DNA of 63,723 nt, counting the filler, from Collodictyon triciliatum (taxonomy: Eukaryota): the NCBI GenBank assembly GCA_043381765.1. It is 3 parts of 3 records of this genome, joined end to end, with 100 filler letters (N's around TTAATTAATTAA, not from the genome) between each part and the next. Parts side by side here need not be neighbours in the genome. Positions count along the whole stretch, not along the records: positions 1 to 27,209 come from JBHJMP010000996.1; positions 27,310 to 54,503 come from JBHJMP010000997.1; 1 more part is not named here. The stretch is one strand, 5' to 3'. Positions 25,897 to 46,800 of the stretch are shown one piece after another. The stretch's first letter is position 1. The number at the start of each line of letters is the position of its first letter. The position numbers and the translations under genes are program-made. Below the pieces are notes generated by a model. That model was not told where the DNA came from. It ran no database searches and saw nothing but the letters and a program-made list of their open reading frames with translations.

Positions 25897-27209
25897 ATGG
25901 AGAAGCACGAAGAGCACGGCGGGCACGAGGAATCCTTCCAGGAAAGCGCGTCGTTCATCGCTTTGTCTTACATATCCATAATTTCATACATCATGCTTTG
26001 CGGGAGCGTTTGCTCTTTGTCGATATTCCGTCGAAACTTTGGGAGAAAGAATGACACACGCCTGATGGAATGGACTCACTTCGCATTCTACTATGCCCTT
26101 TCCTTCCTTTGCGTTGGTGAGTGACTTTGGAACATTTATTGGGTTTAATTGTCTAATTTCATCAATCGATATATCAATACTAATGACACCGCTTGAGTAA
26201 TCAAACATATCGAACAAAAGATAGTGATATTCAAGAGCCTTTCTTTTAAAATTATCAACCTTTTTTTAAAAAAAAAAAAACAATATTTTTTTTATTCAGT
26301 TCGAATCGTGGATATCCTTGTTCTGATGTATGCAACCGAAGTGAAGGGTCTTTTGATTAGCCATGTGATTCTATACCGTATCGGACTGGTGGTTCTCCTG
26401 TTTTCTTTCAGCTGCATTGTTTATAGAAGGTTTTTTTTCTGAATTTTCCACAATCTGATACTGTTTTGATTCCCTTGTGCTCTAGTTTCATCTCAGAAAA
26501 AAAAGGCAAGTAGTAGCTAAAATATGGTGTTTTTTTTCGCACAGCGTCATCGTGCTTTATTTCTTTGAAGAAAATAAGTTGAAGATAATCCTCCTCTTTG
26601 TGATAAGTCTGAATCTCATCGCACTGGTTGAAACAGCTGCATGCATTCTTGTCGCTTTGAGCTTCTTCGAATGGGATGATGCGAAGGATGCATCAGATAT
26701 AGGACATCTATTGGAAGAAAACAGAGATATGCATATTCTGCTAGATGTAATCAAAAATCTCTAGGAGCATCTGTTTTATTCAAAAAAAAATACCATTTTC
26801 CGGATTATCTAGAAACCCCTTTCCGTCTTATTGATGCTCTCTATAATTATTTTTTTTGCAGGGAAACACAACATCTTTGGCCATACTATCCTTCATAGTA
26901 TCTTCATACTTTAGTTTCTTTATTGCGAAGATAAACCGAAAGTTAAATTACAAAGCACTCGCTTCTAATGGATCTAACCAGAGGAAAGTTTGGAAGGTAA
27001 CCCATGAAGTTATATGTGTTTTTCAGTCCTTATGAAAGCATTTAAAGTATTAAAAGCATTACGACTGCATCACGATAGGCCAACCTGCTAGGAGTTGCTG
27101 CTATTTTCTTCTTGCTCCATGGAGTGGCGATTATTTACACAAATGTTAATCACATGCACAATGTCGATTATATTTATATTCTCATACACTATTCCCTGCC
27201 AGACTTACT
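25897..27209 (+). CDS. Multi-pass (GPCR-like or THH1/TOM1-like) membrane protein, 3' end truncated at linker
   Basis: About 5 exons splice into an ORF with about 6 hydrophobic helices (ISIISYIMLCGSVCSLSIF; FAFYYALSFLCVVRIVDILVL; IGLVVLLFSFSCIVY; IILLFVISLNLIALV; LAILSFIVSSYFSFFI; LLGVAAIFFLLHGVAIIY). Family assignment is tentative. Confidence 0.65.
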
Positions 27210-27309
27210 NNNNNNNNNNNNNNNNNNNNNNNNNNNNNNNNNNNNNNNNNNNNTTAATTAATTAANNNNNNNNNNNNNNNNNNNNNNNNNNNNNNNNNNN
27301 NNNNNNNNN
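27210..27309. other. Artificial contig linker N44-TTAATTAATTAA-N44
   Basis: Six-frame-stop 12-mer at 27254-27265 centred in a 100-bp N block. Confidence 0.95.
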
Positions 27310-27413
<104 letters not shown>

Positions 27414-27420
27414 CTTTTAG

Positions 27421-36413
<8,993 letters not shown>

Positions 36414-37334
36414 GCTGGCTCTCCTCCCAAAACAACGCAACAAAGCGAGAGGCGCCGCGGCAAGAGACAGACAAACAGGAACAAGAACCCAAAAAGAAGA
36501 AAGAAAAAAAGGAAGAAAAGAAGAAAAAAAAAAAAGGAGGAGAGGAGAGGGAGAGAAAGAAGGATGTTGTCAACCCGAGTGCTGCTCTGCTGCTGCTGCC
36601 GCCCGCCTTCACGCTCTCAATCCCACACACAATCCCGCCCGCATTTCATCACCGAATAAAAACGCACGCCTCTCTTCCCTCGCAACGCCCCGCTCAAAGG
36701 CGCTCAATCAGGTGGAATCAGAACAAAACGCTGCTGATTGTGCAACGCAGGAAGCAGGTGTCCTTGGTCTTTTCTTTTTTTTTTGTTTTTTGTTTTTTTT
36801 TTGTTTCTGTTTTTTTTTTTATTTTGTTTTTCTTGTTTTTGTTTTTCTTGTTTTTGTTTTTGTTTTACTCTTCCTTCTAGTTAACCGGCTCATTCTTCAA
36901 CTTGAAAGCAAACAACTCCGCCGGTCGTAAAAAACCCTTTTCTGCATGGAGAAGCGCAAAGTATCTGGTACCGTCATTTTCATTTTCTCATTTTCTTTTA
37001 TTTTCCCTCTTTTCTCTCTTCTCTCTTTTTTCTCTTTTTTTTCTCGCTTTTTTTCTCGCTTTTTTCTCTTTTTTCTCTTTTCTCTTTTTTCTCTCTTCTC
37101 TCTTCTCTCTCTTCTCTCTTTTCTCTCTTTTCTCTCTTTTCTCTCTTTTCTCTCTTTTCTCTCTTTNNNNNNNNNNNNNNNNNNNNNNNNNNNNNNNNNN
37201 NNNNNNNNNNNNNNNNNNNNNNNNNNNNNNNTCTCTTTTCTCTCTTTTCCCTCTTTTCCCTCTTTTCCCTCTTTCTTCCGCTATATATTTCAAGATTACA
37301 TAGCCTACTGTATTCACTACTTCACTCTATTCAG

Positions 37335-37896
37335 CGAGGGCGGTTTCTTTAACGCAACCCTGTCCTTTCCGAAGGATTACCCTAATAGCCCACCAAAGAT
37401 GCGATTTACAACAGCCATTTGGCATCCGAACGGTATATCCCTTGGCTACCAGCATCCAAATATTGTTTTCTATATAATTGTCATATTTTAAGGCTTTTTG
37501 TTCTGAATATTCCTCATTGATATGTAGTGTACGAAAGTGGAGACGTCTGCATCTCCATCCTACATCCTCCAGGAAATGACTCTTTTGGATACGAGAAAGC
37601 ATCCGAAAGATGGCTTCCAGTCCACACGGTGGAGAGTATCATGCTCAGCGTAATTTCCATGCTGTCTTCTCCCAACGATGAAAGCCCGGCGAATCTGGAG
37701 GCTGCGGTGCTCATTTTCTCATAATGATCCATATGTCCACCTTACCATGATGATTGCTTTTTGCTATGGTTGGGAATGCCTTATAACGTTTTCATTCGAT
37801 ATGCTACCCTATGTATAGAAAGAATGGAGGGAAAATCGTGAAGGCTACAAGAAACGCGTTGGTCGCCTTGTTCGCCAGTCCCAGGAAATGATGTAG
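37335..37896 (+). CDS. UBC7: Ubiquitin-conjugating enzyme E2, UBC7/UBE2G type (5' exons missing, probably in the gap at 37167-37231)
   Basis: Three exons: [32 protein letters not shown] / [60 protein letters not shown] / [31 protein letters not shown] motif, catalytic Cys and the acidic-loop insert of the UBC7/Cdc34 class are present. Confidence 0.92.
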
Positions 37897-38546
37897 TGCC
37901 CAGCGCTTTGGCCATCTGGTTCTCTCCTTTCTCTCGTTATCGTGTTCTTGCCCTACCTCGTCGACAAGAAAAGGAAAGAAAACGACACATAGATACTACA
38001 GCAGCATTAATTTCTCATTCATCTTCCTTTTCTGCCTCTCTCGTGCGTGCTCAATCGGATTCTATCAGATAAAAATGAAAAAGAATATACAAATAGAAAA
38101 CGGTCATAGAAATGTTTTCCTTCTCCTGAATTTAATGTTCATGAGTTTTGGAGCATTCGTTATTAGTTTTCCTTTCTTTTTTTTATGTACGATAAGTTAA
38201 TCAGATATTCACTATCGGCTGTAAAATCATTTTGCTTCTTTTTTTTTTCCAACTCCATTAGATTCAAAGCGTGAGAAAGGAAAGAGATAGATGTGTATGA
38301 TTGTAGACCCGAATAGAAGATGTTGCAGCGAAGATGGCAGCACTCGAAAGAAACAAAAATAGAAAATCGGTTAGGCGAGCGGCCAAACTGATTGATTGGT
38401 TGGGTGGGTACCAAGGGTTGAATATGTTGTGGGAGATATCTTTCACGACACAGGCCCACGTGCCCCCCTTCGCTTGCGGTCAGAGTAGCAATCAAAGCAG
38501 GTGCGTTTCAGTAAGCTTACTATGTTCTTCCTTAAGATTTGTGTGA

Positions 38547-38675
38547 GGTGGTTGAGATTTTGGCTTTGGTTCGCTAGCTTTCGTGTGCATAGATGCTTCC
38601 ATTGGAACCTGAGTGACAAGGAAGTCGGTAATTAGGTTTTCATACCGCGCTTTGGCTTTTAGCCTAGGTCTTGTG
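38547..38675. repeat. Dispersed repeat copy, homologous to 54371-54501
   Basis: tggctttggttcgctagc, agtcggtaat-agg and tagcct-ggtcttgtg blocks occur in the same order at both loci. Confidence 0.8.
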
Positions 38676-41262
38676 GAGCATGAGAAGTGAGACGTGGTTT
38701 AATCGCTTTCTCAGCTTATTTTCACACGTCTCTTCTCACGGGGTCTTATCAACGAAGAATGTGAAGATGGCGAAGTAATCAGTTGTGGAAAGGGAGCCAT
38801 CTCATATTGGTAGCAATATTCTGCATTTTTCAAATTGTCTAATCTTTATATTCATGTCCAGGAATATTGCATGAAGAGACCATATGAACGTGTGGGAAAT
38901 ACAGCTTCATCCGCTTTGGTATGTCGAAGTATCATTGGTTTACTTATTTGTCCTATCATCTCATGAAATACCAGGTTTATTTCTTCATACCTTTATGTAG
39001 CACACATTTTTGGCAAGATTGCTGAAATCGGTGTTTTATCCTACTGGAGTCAATTATTTATCATTATTGTTTTAAAAAAAAAAGACATTAATCCAATCAG
39101 AGCCGTTGGTATTCTGCTCTGCAAATTTGTGTTGAAAAAAAATGACATGATAGAATTGTTTTGGCGAGCCTACATAAGTAAGCGAATTCAACTATTTCCA
39201 TCAACATAGTGATAATTTCAGACTTTATACTCGAAAATATGGTTAAATCAATCATTGGAACATCTACAATTTTTATATGGGGGCGAATAGGCACTATTAT
39301 TATGTCGCCATATACAAGTCGATATTGTCAATATAAGGTCTGATAAATAACTTTTAAACACAGCGTCCTTCTCCATTTATCATTCCGATGACTTATTTTT
39401 GTATTTTCATTCATATAGGAATGACTGCATTCATGCATCTCGATGGACTGCTGCTGAAGTAAACGAAAGCGACATAGTTTTTTTTTATGATAAACATGTA
39501 TTTTTACTTCACACATGCAAATCGATTGATACAGGACGGTGTGAATTTAATCGATTTTGATTGCTTCTTCAGTTTATTTTTATCCAATTTCAATAAATGT
39601 AAATAGCTGTAGCCACTGTACAGCCAAATTGGTTTCATTCTGAATAATGTCATATCGATGTATAAGTGATTGCATTCATGATTATGCCCACGCTGATGAG
39701 AAACTTAATCATTTGTTTATATCATGCAGGAGCTAGTTGAAGACCTATGAATACTCAATACGGCCGAAAGTAGACGAAATTATTTGCTTATTACGTTGTG
39801 TGGCTCACAGTTTATTAAGTAGCCTGAAATGAAAGATTATATTGAACAAATGCTTTTCTTTTTACCTCAATTTCTTTATGTGATTAATGTGTGCGACTGT
39901 TTCATGTTCCATCACGAATGTGGATAACATCGGAGTAGCTCAATACAGCGTATTTTAATGGTGTTTTTTTTTTTGGATATGTCCCAACCGAAAAATTTTA
40001 AGCAAAAAGAGGTGTTTATTTATCTGTATTATAAGAATCTCGATATATACCTTTCATTTTATGTTGATTCTCCAATAATTAGCTTGTTTAATGATGAATC
40101 AGAAGTCATGTATGAATGAGCATTCATAATTATAATTTAGTTTGTAAGAACAAACTAGCTGATAAGAGAAAACCGATGGTTGAATATCAATGTATTAGTT
40201 AACCAGCCAACGATGATATATAGTTTTTTTTTTTGAGTACCTATGTATTTTGAATCATTTCCATGTTAAACGATACATATATAAAAATCATCTTTGCGCA
40301 CTTGATTTTCGCTAACTTTATCTTCCGCTCTGAACCCTACGAAGGTCATGGTAAAAGGACACGAGACAAAACAACCAATGGAAAGGGAACTGTTCGATCT
40401 GCTGCTATTACCGAGAGGGGGGAGGGGTGGTTGGATGGACGGCTCCTAGTTTTTCCGATTATATGAAGAGATGGTCTAAGGAACGATTTGTGGGGTGTGG
40501 GGATGAGTTGTTGTGTGAGAAATAGTAAGTCTCAATGTTGTCCATAAACTTCATAAAAATAATAATAATCACTCCAATATATTCGATGTGTTAAAATTGA
40601 ACACCAATGGAAAGCATTTAATCACAAAAACTATTTTTATGGATTTGTGTAAATTGTTATTTTCATGCAGGACTTTGTCGATTTATACATTATTCAAAGA
40701 AATCAATTTGTCAGTATTGCCAAAAAAAATAATAATATACAATCGTGTATCTCCAATTCAATTTTATTTTGCTTTTCATAACTAATCAAAGCTTAATACA
40801 ACAGTGATGTCCGTGCCTGCAGACTTCAGAACTTATCTTTTCAATTCTATTAAAAAAAATTGTGTGTGAAAGATGAGCGTTTCATTTTGCAATTACTCTA
40901 ATTTGCTAGCCGTGTCTATTTATTATGAAACCGATAGGAGTCCTTGCCAAGCTGATAGCCACGTTTACTATGAAAGGAGTATCTTATTCTATGCATATTC
41001 GATTATTTTAATATCCTTTTTAGTCAAGAACATCTATCTGCTGGAAACACCCTCGCCTCAATTCGCCGCCTGTGATACCACCACCCCTCCCCCCGACTCG
41101 GCTGGGAATGTGCACTCGACAACAGCTCATCCTCACCCACATAAATCGTTGTCTCGCTTCGGCTGCCCTTTTTCCTGGTGTAGGTAAGAAGCATAAAGTG
41201 TTTTATTCAAATGAATATAAATGCGTGTGTGTGATATTTGCAGAATCACATAACTGATTTTG

Positions 41263-41540
41263 TTTCTTTTTTCTTTTTTCTTTTTTCTTTTTTCTTTTTT
41301 CTTTTTTCTTTTTTCTTTTTTCTTTTTTCTTTTTTCTTTTTTCTTTTTTCTTTTTTCTTTTTCTAATTCTTTTTCTTTTCTTCTCCTTTTCCTTTTCATT
41401 TTCTTTTTTCTTTTCCTTTTCCTTTTCCTTTTCCTTTTTCTTTTCCTTTTCCTTTTCCTTTTTCCTTTTTCCTTTTCTTTTCCTTTTTCTTTTCCTTTTT
41501 CCTTTTTCCTTTTTCTTTTCCTTTTTTTCTTTTCTTTCCT
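41263..41540. repeat. Polypyrimidine (TTTTTC/TTTTCC)n tract
   Basis: Direct reading. Similar low-complexity tracts occur at 1-62, 25740-25855, 36975-37275 and 47680-47860. Confidence 0.9.
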
Positions 41541-43896
41541 GGTGTAGGAGCAGATTTAGCAAGCCCAAAACCACGCCCTCCCCCCTCAAGTACGTACAAA
41601 AAGGAAAAGGAAGGGAAATATCTGCAGTAATCTATGTGTGGACATGATAATAGTTTAATCTCATCTATTATCTTAATCTGGAATATACGATTATTGACGA
41701 TTCTCCGACCATTCATTTTTTAATCAATCCTTTTTCAGTTTACTGATGTTTTGCTGTGGCTGCTGTCCTTACCAAACCATTATTCACACGCTGTCCCTCT
41801 CATACCTTTCATTTTTTATTCAATGACACCCAACACTAGCTGCCAATCGATTTGTTTGTGCATTTATTGGATTTTCTTGGCAACCATGAGGCGTGTTTTC
41901 AGCCGATCACCTGTCGATGCTTTCACATATTCGATCCAAGGTTCATTTCCCTCTCTTATTCACACAGACAACCGAGAACTTAATAAGAAAGTCTGTGATG
42001 GATTGGCAATTAAGGTTGCCTCAATCAATCAATTACTTTTCTTTTTGTTTTCACTCGATAATCCTCATACACATTACCAATCTAACGTATGATAACTATA
42101 TTTTATTTATCTTTCTCTTTTGTGTCATTCTTTTCATTTTCTTTTCTTGGGCGGAATAACGACGCGGAGATCGAAAGCGCTGGCTTCAAGCAAAGATAAG
42201 CAAGCACAAGAATGGAGTCCTTCGCTCGACCAAAGCTTACCAGCCACACAGCTATTCACCCCACAAAGAGCGCCTGGAAGCAGAGCCTATACAGACCGGG
42301 CTGCCACATCCGCCTTCGAGGTAAGCACAAACTGGCCCAGAACTACGACGTCCATATAAAAGCAAAGAAAGAATCGGCCTAAGTCCCAAAAGATCTTGAG
42401 TACCACGATTAGTAGACTATCAACCAGCTACCCGATCAACTTCAAGAATACGCAGCATACATTCCCAAATGAAAAAAAAAATCGCCGAGGGAGAATTATA
42501 TAATACTTTGACATTTTTTTCCGCCCATAACAAGAGAGGCCAGCTCCTTGCTACCCATTATCTGCGGTATTCCTCCTGGCTTCACTAAAAGCGACATGGA
42601 AGGTTCATGAAAATCAAAATTTTCATTTTCCACAATATGCTTCATAAGTTAAACCGTGTTTTGATGAATGATACACTGAATAAGAATTCAGCATCAGAAC
42701 CACCCAAAGTTTTTTTTTAAAAAAAAAATCGTCTTGCATTTTACGTTTCTTTCTTTCATTCATAATTCGTACCTAAATACAAGGAAATATGCAATAGAAA
42801 AACTAGTATCGTAAAATCCATCAAAAATAATAACAGAATGAGCTGTCGAGTAGAAAGATGTGGACTCTTCAAAACCCCACCTGGAGCTATGGAAGAATTG
42901 CCACCCAAGCAAGAAATAAACTTATAAAGGGCTCTCCAAAAAGAGTGGAGAAGGGCTATTGGAAACGCGCCTGACACTAAAACAATCTGGACAAACACCA
43001 AGGTGCGGTTATATGAAGTCAGTATTATTTCTAATTTTCATTGAAAATTTTGGTTACTTCTTAATCCGAAGAGTATTATTATTTTACAAATATAATACTC
43101 AAAGAAACATTTTCTTACTCGATTGGTCTGTTAATGCAAGACACATTTGGAAAACATACAGACGTAGAATAAAAAGGCGAGCACCTAAAACCTGAAAAAC
43201 TTGAGTGATGGTAGTTTGGTATTTTTATTTAAATATCACGAAAAATATTCACTATGGAAACCTCAGGATATGATGAACGGAGAGTATTTCGTGAGCATCG
43301 GTATTACGATTTATTTATTTATTTATTTTGAAAATTTGGCATTCTGTGGGAATATACTAACCATTGCATATAATTTGAGATATTTGCACTATTTAGAATA
43401 GATTCAAATACATGATATTAACATCAATCAGGAATAATCCCGATTCAGCGCATAGAGATTTGCAGACATCATATTTCTTATATTATACGAACTATTTCAG
43501 CATCGATAGAATGTTTAGTGGTTGTATGATGAATTAGGGACATGTACCAATATTATGTACTAATCAAAGAGGAAATTAAGAAAGATATGATAATTCATCT
43601 GATATGTGGAGAGAGAGATATTTGTATCCATTAATATTTAATTTGATAATAGTGAAAAATGAAAATAAACTGGCATGATTAAATTGAACTTTGAGCGTTG
43701 ATACAATATAACCTTGCTAGCCTATTGAAACTATCCAAAACGCATTCAAAATATGAATCGATGATTCAGACAATATCATCCAAAAAAAAAAGGAGAATAG
43801 CGTGATTTATATTAGACTTGATAAATGGCACACAATATAACTGATGAATATGATGATTTATTATGCAACACACAAAGGTATAGGAATATTCAAAAC

Positions 43897-46800
43897 ATGT
43901 CTGCAACCGAAACAAGCACCGAGGCTAACACCAGCCTTGTCACCATTGACGAAGTATGCACAAACAAATACATATTGATCAATAAATATTTGATACATTA
44001 GAATGGATTGCTTACTTACGCCAAATACTAAGCGCAGGCTGTCCTCGAATGGGTGAACCACCACCTGGGAAAAATCGAGCTCAAGGCGAAGAACATCCAC
44101 GGTGACTTTATGGACGGGTTCTTTTTGGCCATGCTGATTGAGGCGATCACCAAAAATTCTTTGGGAAGCTATCATTCTCGCTTGTTTGCGTATGATTTAT
44201 TAATGATATTCACAATTTTTATAATTTATTATTTTAATTGATTGGCATTTCATCCCTTTTTTTATATATCAGTGACAAAGCTATTGAGGAGGAGGTTCTT
44301 GTTGACAAGAATCAAAAACTCATTGTTGATTGGTATCTGAAATTGAATGTGCATGACGAGGCTGTTGCTTCTCAGACCCATTACGCTGGTTTGCTTTATT
44401 TGTTTTTAAGGAAAGTGGTTTTGGAATTTTTCATATATCATCCATTTATTTTGTATGAGTGACATATAAATATCTTACAGATTTGCTCAATGCAATCATT
44501 CGATATCTTATTGGACAAAGTGTTGGCCATTTGGGAAGTCTTGGGGTAACAAAACACCACCTTTTAATCTTTCATATGTAAGGTTTTTTTTTTTATTTTT
44601 TGAACCGTGCCGAAATATAATTTTCAATCGTTAAAAATTGTAGAAAAAATGTCGTGAGAAGTACGATATTGCCAAGAAGCTCTACGAAAGAGCGAAGGCC
44701 CCGTTTCCGTTCCATGGTTGAAATTCGATTTATATTTATCTTTTTTGTGATATTTTTATTTGATACTATATCAATTTCTCAACTGAATAAATTTAAATAT
44801 TGATGCAGGTCTTGGTCTGGAAGAAAAAGGCTCTGTCGTGCTCATCCGCACTTGCATTCTTCTTGATAAGGTAACCATTAAGAGAAAAAGAATACAATTT
44901 GACCAAAATCATTCAGTTTTGTGAAATGTAATCTCGAATTCAAACCAGATGGAGCTTGCTCGTGAAGACCTGAAGGAGAGGCAGTACAAGAAGTGGAATC
45001 CGGCTCCACAAAAATACGTGACATCGACACCATTGCCGATCGTTACCTCTGACCAGCGTGTCATCCGTGTTTATCTTTCCTCGACTCTCCGTGACATGCA
45101 GCAAGAAAGAGACGAGTTCTTCAAGAACGGAGCCCCTGAGTAAGAATAATCTATTTTTGTAATAATGAATTCATGATTAGGAATGATAATTTGATGCTTT
45201 TATTTACGAACAATTTTATCTTTATGTTAGATTGAAAAGGCTTGCAAAATCGAAGGGAGTGGACCTTGTCTTTATCGATTTGCGCTGGGGGCTGACTTCT
45301 GAAGACAGTAGCGAGGAATGGGTAATCACTTCATCGAACATCACATATTTTCGAAAAAAAATTAAATAATATTTTGCCATTCATAATATCAATATGTCTT
45401 TTTTCTTCATTTATTACAGGTTTTGATTCGCTGTCTGGACTCCATCGGAAAGTGCCCATACTTTGTGTGCTCTCTCGGTGCGCGCTACGGCTGGATTCCT
45501 GACCAAAACAAAACCGAGCTGAACAAACAAGCCCGCTTTGAGGAGCTGCTGAAAACCAAGCCAGATGCCACCATGAAAGATGTTTCTGTGGAATGGCGCA
45601 GTGAGACTAATGACCGCTTTCCTATAATCGGCGAAATGCCTGGACTGAGCGCGACTGAGTACGAGGTAAAGCGAATTTCTACATTATACTTTGTAACTTG
45701 TATATAATAATAATAGTAATAATAGTAATAATAAAAAAAATTAAATAAATCATACTTAATCAAATCTACATTTTCAGATTCAGTACGCTTGTCTGATTGA
45801 GAAACCAGCATGCAGCCGCGCCTTCTTTTACCTCCGCGATGAGCACTATGCTGTCCAACATGCCAAGAGTGAGGAAGAAAAAATGCTGTTCCAAGCTGAA
45901 AGCGAAGAGGCGGTAAAAAATTGGTTTTAAGTCTGATATTTTCGTTTTCAAGTAATTATATTATTTTATTTAATGATTCGATTTTTTGATATATATTTTA
46001 TTGTATTATTTAGCGTAAGAGGCAGGAGGAGCTCAAAGGGAAAGTCAAGGCCAAGTTCGGGCATGTTGTCTACAAAGGAGCGAAGGAGTATTCGGACTTT
46101 GTGACTTACCATCTGACCTACGCCATTGAGCACGACTTTGGGAATCAAACTGTAATTTTTTTATTTTTAATTAGTGCAAAAGTTTCAATATTGATTGGTG
46201 ACATGTATATATTTCATTTATATTTTGTTGACATAACCATAATCTAGGTGAGAGACCCTGAAGACGAAGCGCAGCACCAGTTCAAGATGCATCGACTGGC
46301 TGGGTTTGGTGGAAGAAAGGAACTTCTCAGGACAATTATGGAGCAAGTAAGTTGAAATGAAGAACAATTAGTTTATTAATATGATAATAATATCCTTTGA
46401 TTTTTTTCTTTTGTAATCCATAATAAAATTTTATCAGACCATGAACCAGCTCAACATGGACAACTCCAAAATCATCGTTCTTGCTGCAGAGTCTGGGATT
46501 GGAAAGTCATCACTGATGGCTGCTATAGCGAGAGACCTTGAAGGCCTGAAGCATCCTGGGCTGAATGTCTTTTTCCATTTTGTTGGATGCACCAATCTCA
46601 GCAGCTACGTGGAAAGGTTATTATATTTGTTTTGTTTTTATAGATTTTATTTCATGATATTCTATTTTATTCCAAAGATTTGTTTTTATTTAGTGTTTCG
46701 ATTCGCTTCTGGACTTTGGCCACAAACTCTGCCAACTTTGTCGGGGAAAAGAAGCAGGAATCTGGTATTACATTATTGTATTTTACTTTATATTCAAATG

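Noticed and set aside
27254-27265. Palindromic TTAATTAATTAA within N runs (also 54548-54559)
   Set aside because: Standard six-frame-stop contig linker, not biological. Gene adjacency across it cannot be interpreted.
41133-41716. Lys/Glu/Arg-rich minus-strand ORFs (also 47627-48048 and 25734-26054)
   Set aside because: Reverse reading of polypyrimidine low-complexity tracts.
42143-43010. GC-richer patches with short ORFs, possible decayed element or gene
   Set aside because: No recognisable motif or consistent exon chain could be built by eye.
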